Source of the DNA: Eledone cirrhosa
Lineage: Eukaryota
NCBI GenBank assembly: GCA_964016885.1
Contig: OZ024755.1
Coordinates: 42,160,001-42,224,000 of the forward strand
Length of the DNA stretch: 64,000 nt
Direction: 5' to 3'
Below, piece after piece: positions 1 to 11,160 of the stretch. The notes beneath the pieces are model-generated. The model did no database searches. It saw nothing but the letters and a program-made list of their open reading frames with translations, and was not told the DNA's origin. Numbering within the stretch: position 1 is the first letter of the stretch; the number at the start of each line of letters is the position of its first letter. The translations under genes were made by a program, and so were the position numbers.

Positions 1-169
1 TGTTTACATCTGTGAGACCAGATGATACTGTTTACATCTGTGAGAAAAACCTACTACAGTCAGTAGGCATCTCTATCAAAACACCCCCCCGTCCCACCAC
101 CTCCACCCCATCCACACCGCCCCTTTCAATGTACAGTTATGTTGGTCCCACAACACAACATCCAGGCCG

Positions 170-660
170 AAACAAATGAGATCGTGTAGGTGTCACGACA
201 AAAAAACACACAGTCCACGCTGTAAATGTGGCCGTGTAGGCAACACGGTAAAAACCTCCCAGCCCCACACTGTAAATGTGGTTGGTGTTAGGAAGGGCAT
301 CCAGCTGTAGAAAACCCGCCAGACAGTCCATGCTGTAATGTGGCCGTGTAGGCAACACGGTAAAAACCTCCCAGCCCCACACTGTAAATGTGGTTGGTGT
401 TAGGAAGGGCATCCAGCTGTAGAAAACCCGCCAGACAGTCCACGCTGTAATGTGGCCGTGTAGGCAACACGGTAAAAACCTCCCAGCCCCACACTGTAAA
501 TGTGGTTGGTGTTAGGAAGGGCATCCAACTGTAGAAAACCCGCCAGACAGTCCTATGCGAGCAAGACAACCACTCTTGCCTCAAGTGGGAAAACCCCCGT
601 CCAAACCCATGCAAGCGTGGAACACGGACGCTAAACCTGATGATGATGATGATGATGATG
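170..660 (+). mobile_element. SINE/RTE-tail element with internal ~118-bp tandem triplication and (TGA)n tail
   Basis: Three copies of ...ccacactgtaaatgtggttggtgttaggaagggcatccagctgtagaaaacccgccagacagt; ends cctgatgatgatgatg. Confidence 0.7.
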
Positions 661-1879
661 AGACCAGATGATACTGTTTACATCTGTGAGACCAGATGAT
701 AGTGTTTACTTCTGTGAGACCAGATGATAGTGTTTACAACGTGTGAGAGACCAGATGATAGTGTTTACATCTGTGAGAGACCAGATGATACTTTTTACAT
801 CTGTGAGACCAGATGAGAGTGTTTACATCTGTGAGACCAGATCATAGTGTTTACTTCTGTGAGACCAGATCATAGTGTTTACTTCTGTGAGACCAGATGA
901 TAGTGTTTACAACATGTGAGAGACCAGATGATAGTGTTTACATCTGTGAGAGACCAGATGATGCTGTTTACATCTGTGAGACCAGATGATACTGTTTACA
1001 TCTGTGAGACCAGATGATAGTGTTTACTTCTGTGAGACCAGATGATAGTGTTTACAACATGTGAGAGACCAGATGATAGTGTTTGCATCTGTGAGAGACC
1101 AGATGATACTGTTTACATCTGTGAGACCAGATGAGAGTGTTTACATCTGTGAGACCAGATCATAGTGTTTACATCTGTGAGACCAGATCATAGTGTTTAT
1201 ATTTGTGAGACCAGATGATTGTGTTTACATCTGTGAGACCAGATCATAGTGTTTACATCTGTGAGACCAGATCATAGCGTTTATAACATCTGTGAGAGAC
1301 CAGATGATACTGTTTACATCTGTGAGAGACCAGATGATAGTGTTTACATCTGTGAGAGATCAGATGATACTGTTTACATCTGTGAGAGACCAGATGATTG
1401 TGTTTACATCTGTGAGACCAGATCATAGTGTTTACAACATCTGTTGGAGACCAGATGATAGTGTTTACATCTGTCAGACCAGATCATAGTGTTTACATCT
1501 GTGAGACCAGATCATAGTATTTGTAACATCTGTGAGAGATCAGATGATTCTGTTTACATCTGTGAGAGACCAGATGATAGTGTTTACATCTGTGAGAGAT
1601 CAGATGATACTGTTTACATCTATGAGAGATCAGATGATAGTGTTTACAACATCTGTGAGAGACCAGATAATAGTGTTTACATCTGTGTGACTAGATCATA
1701 GTGTTTACAACATCTGTGAGAGACCAGATGATAGTGTTTACATCTGTGAGAGATCAGATGATACTGTTTACATCTGTGAGAGACCAGATAATAGTGTTTA
1801 CATCTGTGAGACTAGATCATAGTGTTTACAACATCTGTGAGAGACCAGATGATAGTGTTTACATCTGTGAGAGACCAGA
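655..1879. repeat. Minisatellite, 28-33-bp unit (gtttacatctgtgagaccagatgatagt); also at 1-45
   Basis: About 40 direct tandem copies; the ORFs over it are repeat artefacts. Confidence 0.95.
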
Positions 1880-1954
1880 CCTCGGGTGCTTCTATGTTTA
1901 TGTCGTTTCTCTTTTCATTTATTCGTTGTCTATGTCCCATAAAAGAGTGCTACG

Positions 1955-2080
1955 ATAAAATGATAAAATAATGACTAGGCTTGAAAGAAATATCCAATAG
2001 GTGTTGATATAGTCATCAAAATCTTCTCAGTGCTGTGCCTCAGCATGGCCACAGACCAATGACTGAAACCAATAAAACGG
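1955..2080 (+). mobile_element. Degenerate SINE 3' end
   Basis: gtgcctcagcatggccacagaccaatgactgaaaccaataaaa resembles an octopus SINE tail. Confidence 0.55.
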
Positions 2081-2110
2081 TGAATAGAGTAAATGAACAA
2101 CGCCGCTTAC

Positions 2111-2419
2111 CTTTAATTTATTTTCCGATATTCGGACTTCAATTTCTTGAGGTTCAAATTGCCGGACATCAAACCTCGCACTAAATATAGGTCGGCCATG
2201 TATGTCTTTCGACATGAATTTATCTACTTTTTGCGGAGTGGGTGAAGGGCACATTCGATCTGGTTGGCTGGGCTTCAGTGTCAGCATATCATGATGCATG
2301 CGGTCAAGTTCTTTGCCCCAATCAGCGTTGTCAAGGTCATGCTGGATGTCCGAGAGGATTTTGTTGTGTCGGTCTAAAAGTGTCATGTCATCACTGAAGA
2401 CAGGAATGTTAATCGACAT
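2111..2419 (-). CDS. Small heat shock protein (HSP20/alpha-crystallin, major egg antigen p40-like), first coding exon; exon 2450-2111, downstream exons not found in window
   Basis: MSINIPV...FSARFDVRQFEPQEIEVRISENKLK matches the alpha-crystallin FDVxxFxPEEIxV motif. Polypyrimidine/AG acceptor at 2452-2451, ATG at 2419, phase-0 GTAAG donor at 2110-2106. Confidence 0.85.
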
Positions 2420-2517
2420 GGTTGACTGCTTCTGGGGTTGAACTTCTTGCCTAAGAGAAGAAGTGGGGAAGAAAAACATGAAACATAAATATATCAAACC
2501 TAAGTATTATAAGATAT

Positions 2518-2700
2518 AGGTGCCAGCATGGCAGTGTGGTTAAAGATTTGGCTTCGCAATCATGTGTTGCCAGTTCATTCCCATTGCGTGGCTCTTTCAG
2601 GCAATGTGTTCTACTATAGTCTCGGAATGACCCAGTCAGTGAAATTTGGTAGTCGGAAACTGTGTTGAAGCTCATTGTTTGCATTTGTGTGTGAGTGTGT
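2518..2700 (+). mobile_element. tRNA-derived CORE-type SINE
   Basis: A-box-like tggcagtgtggttaa, B-box-like gttcattccc, CORE-like ggcaatgtgttctactatag, (GT)n tail. Confidence 0.75.
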
Positions 2701-2749
2701 AGGTTTGTGCCTGTGTATATATCAGTAAGATATTGTTAATTATTTTCCC

Positions 2750-2925
2750 GATTGGCAGTATCGGTAGAGAGTCGGACACCATGCTTTGCAGCAAAGAGTT
2801 ACGGCCTTATGGTCTGAGTTCAAATCCCGCCAAGGTTAACTTTGCCTTTCATCCTTACGGGATCGATAAAATAAAGTACCAGTAATGCACTGGGGTAATT
2901 GCTGGCCTTGTGCCAAAAGTAGAAA
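2750..2925 (+). mobile_element. tRNA-derived SINE with 13-bp TSD
   Basis: tggcagtatcggtaga / gagttcaaatccc boxes; TSD taattattttccc at 2737-2749 and 2926-2938; same family at 4770, 8280, 10720, 61002, 61123. Confidence 0.85.
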
Positions 2926-3379
2926 TAATTATTTTCCCAATTGTGATAATATTGTACTTTAGTATATAGCAACAAATTTGTAAAGGAGAGGTATATTGAC
3001 AGTGTATCACTGGTATACATTGCAAGGTGATAACAGGCAAAGTGAAATTTAAAGAAATGGAACGTGGCAGGGGAATTGTCTGGTCAGATGAAAAGATTTT
3101 CACTGCTGAGCAGACATACAAGCAAAGAAATGACCGAATCATTGAAAAAAAGCATCAGAAATCAGTGTTGACCAAAAATCTGTATTTGATACAATGAAAC
3201 TAGCTTCTGTTATGGTCGGGGGACGGGGGGCTGTTTTATCATCTTCGAAGTCTCATTTTTGTGGAAGAAAGGACAAAATCAGCTCTCAATCAGAAAGAGT
3301 AAAAATAATCAAAAGAATTAAAATAATCAATTAATTAGAGCTATTTATCAAATTATAAATGCGAAGAAATATATATATT

Positions 3380-3490
3380 GAGGCACATGGAGGCACATGG
3401 CTTAGTGGTTGCGAGTTCAATTCTCAGACCGGGTGATGTGTTGTTTCCTTGAACAAGACACTTTATTTCACATTGCTCCAGTTTACTCAG
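3380..3490 (+). mobile_element. CORE-SINE 5' part, truncated by the HHR element
   Basis: tggcttagtggtt, gagttcaattc, ccttgaacaagacacttta. Confidence 0.7.
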
Positions 3491-4020
3491 TCATACAAAA
3501 GTGAGTTAGAAGCGAAACGAAATTTAATTTCGTTTCGTTATTTGTTTTTATCGTTTCCGCTGAACTGGTGTGTACAATGACTCACGTTCTGTGCAAATTA
3601 GTCTACCCACTACTAATTTTCATAGAAAAAGCATATAACGATATGTGCTTTTACAATTCTCCAGAGAAGCCGGAAGATGGGTAAATATTGCTGATGAGAT
3701 GTAATAACATCGAAACTAGTCCAATATTCCTGTCTGGCCCTCTGGAGAATAGAGGAAATGTGTTTCCTTGAAAACTCGTATGACTCTAAAACCCGGTCCG
3801 TCTGTGTGGTTACATACAGACTAGCTGACACTCACTGTAAAGTGTCTAGTGAAAAACTCAGTACATGTACATATGTATACATGTGTGTATTTATATGCAT
3901 ACTAATACTTCCGTATACATATGTAGATGTACACTTTAACTTAATTGTTTAAGCGTCAGTCATACAAAAGTGAGTTAGAAGCGAAACGAAATTTAATTTC
4001 GTTTCGTTATTTGTTTTTAT
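3487..4020 (+). mobile_element. 469-bp non-coding hammerhead tandem element (retrozyme-like), about 1.1 units
   Basis: tcagtcatacaaaagtgag repeats at 3487 and 3956; HHR inside; 3' end fused to (TA)n; near-identical inverted copies at 59751-60962. Confidence 0.85.
3684..3728 (+). ncRNA. Type I hammerhead ribozyme
   Basis: aatattg CTGATGA gatgt-aata-acatc GAAA c-ta-g TC caatatt: 7-bp stem I, 5-bp stem II, minimal palindromic stem III. Confidence 0.9.
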
Positions 4021-4031
4021 ATATATATATT

Positions 4032-4066
<35 letters not shown>

Positions 4067-4233
4067 ATTTATATATATATTTATATATATATTTATATAT
4101 ATATTTATATATATATATATATATTTATATATATTTATATATATATATTTATATATATATATATTTATATATATTTATATATATATATATTTATATATAT
4201 TTATATATATATATGTTTATATATATATATATT

Positions 4234-4282
<49 letters not shown>

Positions 4283-4307
4283 GTTTATATATATATATAT
4301 GTATATA

Positions 4308-4349
<42 letters not shown>

Positions 4350-4662
4350 CGCATTTCTTCTAAGTTTAATTTTACTACTAATTACGTGCGGTTGACGATG
4401 TGTTTGATCGGATTCTGTATGCTGCCGAAGTGTTTGATAAATAATGGAACGGAGTTAACGCGAACTGGCTGCGATCAATTATTTCTCGGAGATTTCCCAG
4501 TTAGAAAATTTACTCTTAAAGCTTGCTGGATTTGATTATGTATATGGTTAATTATGCTGATTAGAGGAAGAAATAGTATATATTTTAATATCTGATTGAT
4601 TCTATAGACACGTTTTATGATATATTTATATATATATTTATATATATTTATATATATATATT

Positions 4663-4738
<76 letters not shown>

Positions 4739-4769
4739 TATATTTATATATATATATATATATATAATA

Positions 4770-4950
4770 ATTGTTTCTACTTTAGGCACAAGGCCAGCAA
4801 TTACCCAGTGCATTACTGGTACTTTATTTTATCGACCCCGTAAGGATGAAAGGCAAAGTCAACCTCGGCGGGATTTGAACTCAGATCGTAAAGGGACGTA
4901 ACTATGCTGGAAAGCATGGCGTCCGAGCCTCTACCGATACTGCCAATAAA
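4770..4950 (-). mobile_element. tRNA-derived SINE
   Basis: Reverse complement of the 2750 family. Confidence 0.85.
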
Positions 4951-4975
4951 ATGTGGAGAGGAGGCACACGAGTTA

Positions 4976-5384
<409 letters not shown>

Positions 5385-5397
5385 TATATATATATAT

Positions 5398-5772
5398 AAA
5401 TAGCTTCGAGTTTAGACTCAGAGAGGTCATTTACAATCATTTCAGCTCTAGGAATCGCTTCTGAGCAGTATAAATTAATATTTGATGAACATTTACATGT
5501 TTTAGTTGCAATTGACTAATAAGATCGCTAGAGTGAAAAATCTTAATTCAACAACATAAAGTCTGCCTGTACGATCTAAAAAATAATAAATCAATACTCA
5601 CAGACTCATATGTCTAGGTACCAAGGCTTTTTGCCCATATGAGTCTGTGAGTATTGATTTATTATTTTTTAGATCGTACAGGCAGACTTTATGTTGTTGA
5701 ATTAAGATTTTTCACTCTAGCGATCTTATTAGTCAATTGCAACTATAACATGTAAATGTTCATCAAATATTA

Positions 5773-5779
<7 letters not shown>
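5398..5779. mobile_element. Fold-back insertion, ~145-bp inverted arms, in (TA)n
   Basis: Arms ~5469-5612 and ~5636-5779; shorter relative at 20905-20990. Confidence 0.7.
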
Positions 5780-5802
<23 letters not shown>

Positions 5803-5807
<5 letters not shown>

Positions 5808-5905
5808 TCTTTTATTTGCCACCAGGGCATCAAAAGTGGGACAAGTACAATGGGGGGAGTTTACAAAACAAGGCGTCCTCAATAAGGAGGAGGCAATAAC
5901 AATAT
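5803..5905 (-). mobile_element. 3' UTR fragment of Tx1-like LINE
   Basis: tttcttttatttgccaccagggca...cgtcctcaataaggagg is homologous to 31628-31765. Confidence 0.7.
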
Positions 5906-5909
5906 ATAA

Positions 5910-5944
<35 letters not shown>

Positions 5945-5946
<2 letters not shown>

Positions 5947-6102
5947 ACGAAGGAAATGTGGTAAGGAACCAGGTGGACCATAACGCACCAAAGTACTCAA
6001 TACTTAGGGTAGTAGAGTGGGTAATAGGAACGAGCAGGACCCCGACGGCTGAGCTCAAGCCGTTTCGACGGCTTGAGCTCAGCCGTCGGGGTCCTACTCG
6101 TT

Positions 6103-6107
<5 letters not shown>
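5945..6107 (-). mobile_element. Pseudo-LTR fragment with fold-back
   Basis: Palindrome 6025-6106 centred on ccgt-ttcg-acgg. Confidence 0.75.
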
Positions 6108-6149
<42 letters not shown>

Positions 6150-6159
6150 ATAGTCAGGA

Positions 6160-6254
6160 CCCCGACGGCTGAGCTCCGGCCGTTTCGACAGCTAGGTCTG
6201 AACTAACGCAATAGTCTTAGGACGGCAGTAATCTAGCTGAACTTGTCAAGGAGG
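6160..6254 (-). ncRNA. Hammerhead ribozyme, U3:A8 core variant, long stem II
   Basis: Reverse complement: cctcc TTGACAA gttcagctag...ctagctgtc GAAA cggc-cggagctca-gccg TC gggg. Confidence 0.65.
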
Positions 6255-6959
6255 ATATTCCATATATGGGCACGCGATGAGAGAGTAGCAATAGTGTCAT
6301 ATCAAACAATTCTAAAAGTTGTTTTTCCTTTCTATTATGGGGAGTGGTCAAAGATTTTGTAAACACAGTTAAATTCCTTAATAGTGGCGGGTGGGGGTGG
6401 GGTGGCTGAACTGGCCTGTAGAACAAGGGGAGGGAGTAAGATGACAATTTGGCCAGTGGATGCCGGGCCGGTCATGCTTTAAGAGAGAATTCTATACAGC
6501 TATCTCTTAAAGGGGTGAGAACCTATGATAAACACGGAATGTTGTAAAATTAATAGGTCAAGCGTTGGCTAGGAAACAAAGCAAATATAATTTAAGACAA
6601 AATTCTAGATTAATAAAATGTAGCTATTAGTTCGTCCAATACACTAGGACAACATTTCAAAGTAGTAATTTATCCAAATTATCGTCCGTAATGATGCCCC
6701 CCCCCCCCCAAAGAGAAAACACTAGCTATGTGTTCGGCCGGTGCTATGTATATTTAACAGGATAACAGGAGTAAAAATACTAGGATTAATCTAAGGAAGA
6801 ATGAAGCTGGATATAATAGTGTAGATAAGCAACGAGGAAAAACAACTTTTAGAATTGTTTGATATGACACAATTGCTACGCTTTCATTGCATGCCCAAAT
6901 ATGGAATATACCCCTTGAATGAAACAGTTCTAGTCCTGTAGAATCTCATATATATATAA

Positions 6960-7003
<44 letters not shown>

Positions 7004-7224
7004 ATGTAATAAACAACATAAGGCAATTATTCCATTTACCAGTGGTTTCTTAAAAGCAAAAGGTTTTGCTTTCAATCCTCAGAACGAAAAAATCCTGGTT
7101 TGTTTATTGAATTTGGATCTTAAAAACAAAAAAAAGCAAGCTATATGAAAGTGAGGCTGGAGAAGGAAGAAGGAAAGGAAAAAATAAAAACAAAATAAGA
7201 CTACCCATACAACCACACATACAC

Positions 7225-7297
<73 letters not shown>

Positions 7298-7714
7298 TGT
7301 GTATGCGCGCACGCACGCACGCGTATACAAATATAAATAATAAATAATATAATAATTAAATATAAATAATAAATAATTAAATATAAATAATTAATAATTA
7401 AATATAAATAATAAATAATATAATAATTAAGCTCTGTTGCTTACATAGAGCACTCTTTTTTCCTGGACTTTTCCGACGGAATTACTTCACATATATATAT
7501 ATATATATATTTGAGCATGTGTAGATACAAATATAAACACACACATGCACAGGTAGCTACAATGAAATAAACTCATTATACAATAACCTGATATTTCCCA
7601 TGTAATGTGGGACATGTAATTAATTCGAACAAATATTCCACTCATAAACATTATTATGAATAATTTATAATGAATAATTAATGCTTCAAATGATACAACG
7701 GTTTTTATATGACT

Positions 7715-7906
7715 ACTACTACTGTTGTTGTTGTTGTTGTTGTTGGTGTTGGTGGTGAGGATGGGGGGGGGTAGTGTTGTTGGTGGTGGTGGTAGTGTTG
7801 GTGGTTTTGTATAATTACTACTACTACTACTACCACTACTACTACTACTACCACCACTACTACCACTACTGCCACCACCACTACTACCACTACTACTACC
7901 ACCACC

Positions 7907-7938
<32 letters not shown>

Positions 7939-7985
7939 CACTACTACCATCACCACTACTACTACTACTACTACTACTACCTCCT
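7715..7985. repeat. Trinucleotide low-complexity (GTT/GGT then CTA/CCA)
   Basis: Direct reading. Confidence 0.9.
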
Positions 7986-8175
7986 CTTTATCTTCTTCTT
8001 GGTGTTGTTTAACCTCAGGTCAAATCTGATTGATTGATCAGACCATCTAAACTAACAGTCTTTTAATCTGTTCAATATATCCCTGTTAAGGTATATCCTG
8101 TGAAATTTGCCCAATATAATCCAAAGTTAAAGGTTTATATTTTGTATATGTCATTATCTTATACATCAAATATTA

Positions 8176-8235
8176 TATTTTATCTGATGAAAGTATACTA
8201 TAATTTGGTATCCTTGAAATACGTATAATAAAATA
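8176..8235 (+). ncRNA. Hammerhead ribozyme in pseudo-LTR fragment
   Basis: tattttat CTGATGA aagtatac...ggtatcctt GAAA t-acgt-a TA ataaaata. Confidence 0.75.
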
Positions 8236-8279
8236 AATATGATGCTATAGTGATATTTTCTATTTATTACTATTAATAG

Positions 8280-8466
8280 TGGCGGGGGATTGGCAGTATC
8301 GGTAGAGGGTCAGACGCTATGCTTTTTCGTATAGAGTTACGTCCCTTACCATTCTGAGTTCAAATCCCGCCGAGGTTAACTTTGCCTTTCATCCTTACGG
8401 GGTCGATAAAATAAAGTACCAGTAATGCACTGGTTAATTGCTGGCCTTGTGCCAAACGTAGAAACA
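8280..8466 (+). mobile_element. tRNA-derived SINE with TSD attactattaata
   Basis: Full head and tail; TSD at ~8266-8278 and 8467-8479. Confidence 0.85.
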
Positions 8467-8607
8467 ATTACTATTAATAATATTATAATTCTCCAGATAA
8501 AATTTCTGCTGTAGAGTGCTTCATATCTGTTATGAACATAACTCTGTTGAATAATCATGAACAAAGCATATAATTCATTGTTCATATATATATATATATA
8601 TAGATAG

Positions 8608-8645
<38 letters not shown>

Positions 8646-8726
8646 GGTAAACAGAAATAACAACACAATCGGTACAGTATATAGAAGGGATATATTAGGT
8701 TAACGTTTGATATAGCAGGAAGAGGG

Positions 8727-8762
8727 TCTTAACGTTTCGGACGCTAGTCCTTCATCAGAAGA
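8727..8762 (-). ncRNA. Minimal hammerhead-like motif (Penelope pseudo-LTR)
   Basis: Reverse complement: tctt CTGATGA a ggac-tagc-gtcc GAAACGTT aaga. Confidence 0.65.
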
Positions 8763-8959
8763 AAGAACGAGAAATAAGATAGATTGAGGGGACGGGCGGG
8801 ATGGAATATATATATAGTGTGTCGATTAAGAGTTGGGATCCGGTCACATGATCAAACTTATTGATATGGAAATAATTGTAATATGAAATAAAGTTTACAA
8901 AAAGATGCAATTCCTGTCACTTTATATATATGTATGTATATATATATACATATTGTCAC

Positions 8960-9540
8960 TTTATATATGGTGGCTGCCAACTCGTTTTCGAGTACGGCCA
9001 CTACTTTATATCCATGTAGGAGAACCCCTACCGATGCGCTGAACGAGTGTGACTTTTTAGTCCAGCCAGCGACTTGTGACAATTATTGACACATAGTGCT
9101 GGGCCCATGGTACCATGTGACGGCAAGTGCAGAGAGATCTCCGGATATAAAGCAATGCCTGTGCCGTGAAGCTTTTATAGTGAGCAAAGGCACTGCACAA
9201 AGCCAGTCCCACTCTCTTAACCAAGATGATATTTACCAAAAAGAACAACAAGTCAACATCATTGGATACCATCAGGGTTGCAGGTGTTATATCAGAGTTT
9301 TCCTTCTCCTAGAATTCTGCCTTGACAAAGGCTAAGGGGTCATCTCTCCCGGTGATTTTGGATGGCCATTGACTCTTAAGAGCTCCTTTGCCCTTTGACA
9401 GGTTTTGTTTTTAGTCCTGCAGGATGTCCAAAGTCACCCTCCTCACCAAGAAACCTTGGTGGGGTTGCCAGTTTAGTCGCCAACGACCCGACCATGAGAC
9501 AGGTTGTACTGGGATACATGTTACCAGTAGCACCAAGTGG
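8960..9540 (-). mobile_element. Probable RTE-clade LINE 5' UTR fragment
   Basis: Homologous to 56960-57390 (+); both carry tctaggagaaggaNaactctga, which I recall from RTE 5' UTRs. Confidence 0.55.
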
Positions 9541-9792
9541 TGACTTTATATATATATGTATATATACGGTGATGAATTTGTTTTGCAAGTTTTTTTTATA
9601 TGAAATCGTGTGTTGAAATAAATAAATATTGTTATATTTGGGGAGGGTCATATTGTTATAATATTGCCAGAAATAATAACAGAACACACTCACAGTTTGG
9701 TTGGGGTTGGTTTTCGTGTCTGTATATTTTATATCTCCATAGTTAATTTGGCTGATAATCAATGTTTATCATTCATTGACTAACAATCAAAA

Positions 9793-9844
<52 letters not shown>

Positions 9845-9898
9845 GTGAGGTTTTTTTTACAAAATGAAAAATAACCGAGGTGTCCTACACGAGTGAAA

Positions 9899-10169
9899 GT
9901 ATAAAGAAAAAGAGATGAAATCGAAAATGCAACTGGAGTCTTATTTTTTTTTTAAATATATATATTTATTTGGTTCCTTTATCTTAAATGAGATGGAGGG
10001 TCTTGGTTTTTCTCACAGATGTGAGAAAAACCACAGACCCTCCATCTCAACTCACCTTTTGAAAAGCAGAAGAACTGCGAAACCGGTAAAGGAACCAAAT
10101 AAATATATATATATTTTTTTTTAAATAAGACTCCAGTTGCATTTTCGATTTCATCTCTTTTTCTTTATA
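9899..10169 (+). mobile_element. Pseudo-LTR fragment with nested inversions
   Basis: 9899-9981 is the reverse complement of 10087-10169; inner palindrome 9988-10049. Confidence 0.75.
10055..10092 (+). ncRNA. Hammerhead ribozyme, U3:A8 core variant
   Basis: cctt TTGAAAA gcag-aagaa-ctgc GAAA c-cg-g TA aagg. Confidence 0.75.
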
Positions 10170-10434
10170 TATATATATATATAAATATAATTTCAGCGAT
10201 TGGTCGCGAAAACAAAGCGAAACGCAATATCCGCGTTATGCTGGAAAGCGCTCTAGGGATCAAATAAAGACCAGAGCAATAAACATAGGTTATAAAGGCC
10301 AAACAAACTGAGATGGCGGTCAGGAAGCCATCAACCGCCTAAGCAAAAAAGACGAGGCAAGCCAAACAGGTCAAACAAAAATATATATATATTTATATCT
10401 ATATTTTTAACTGTTGGTCTATCTATCTATCTAT

Positions 10435-10579
10435 TATTGAGTAGTGACGCACGTTTCGCTATTGATCAACTCAAGGTTCGATCTATATTGATCTGGCCCG
10501 AGTCTGGAATCAAAAGCTGATCAATAGTGAAACGCCTGTCACTACTCAATAAATGTAATGAAGACATAACAAATCGTCC

Positions 10580-10585
<6 letters not shown>
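10435..10585 (+). mobile_element. Pseudo-LTR fragment folded back through HHR stem II
   Basis: tattgagtagtgacgcacgtttcgctattgatca ... tgatcaatagtGAAACgcctGTCactactcaata. Confidence 0.65.
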
Positions 10586-10622
<37 letters not shown>

Positions 10623-10719
10623 CGTGTCGATAAAATATAGTACCAGTAATGCACTGGGTAATTGCTGGCCTTGTGCCAAAAGTAGAAACAATTATTATTA
10701 TTATTATACATATATATAA

Positions 10720-10935
10720 GGGCGGTGGATTGGCAGTATCGGTAGAGAGGCGGACACCATGCTTTGTAGCATAGTTACGTCCCTTTACGGTCTGAGTTCA
10801 AATCCCGTCGAGGTTAGCTTTGCCTTTCATCCTTACGGGGTCGATAAAATAAAGTACCAGTAACGTACTGGGGTCGAGTTAATCGACTCTCCCCCTCCCT
10901 CAATATTGCTGGCCTTGTGCCTATACTAGAAACCG
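10720..10935 (+). mobile_element. Full-length tRNA-derived SINE with TSD ttattatacatatata
   Basis: Contains the gtcgagttaatcgac segment that is deleted in the other copies. Confidence 0.85.
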
Positions 10936-11009
10936 TTATTATACATATATAACTGTGTGTGTATGCATATACATACATACACACACACATATATATATGT
11001 AAATACATA

Positions 11010-11160
11010 TCATCATCGTCATCACTGTTTCATGTTAATTTGTGCACGCTAGCATGAGCTAGACGAGTTGCCCTGTTGTGGGCAATGCTAGGACAAGTGG
11101 CCATGTCTTCTTTATACAGAACTGATTTGGGCTTGATTTCTACAGCCGGATACTCTTCCT
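11010..11160 (-). mobile_element. SINE/RTE-tail remnant running into the satellite
   Basis: catcatcgtcatca tail; tttctacagccggatactcttccta resembles the reverse complement of the 290-315 motif. Confidence 0.6.

Noticed and set aside
2750-2925. tRNA gene
   Set aside because: A/B boxes belong to a multi-copy SINE with TSD; no cloverleaf.
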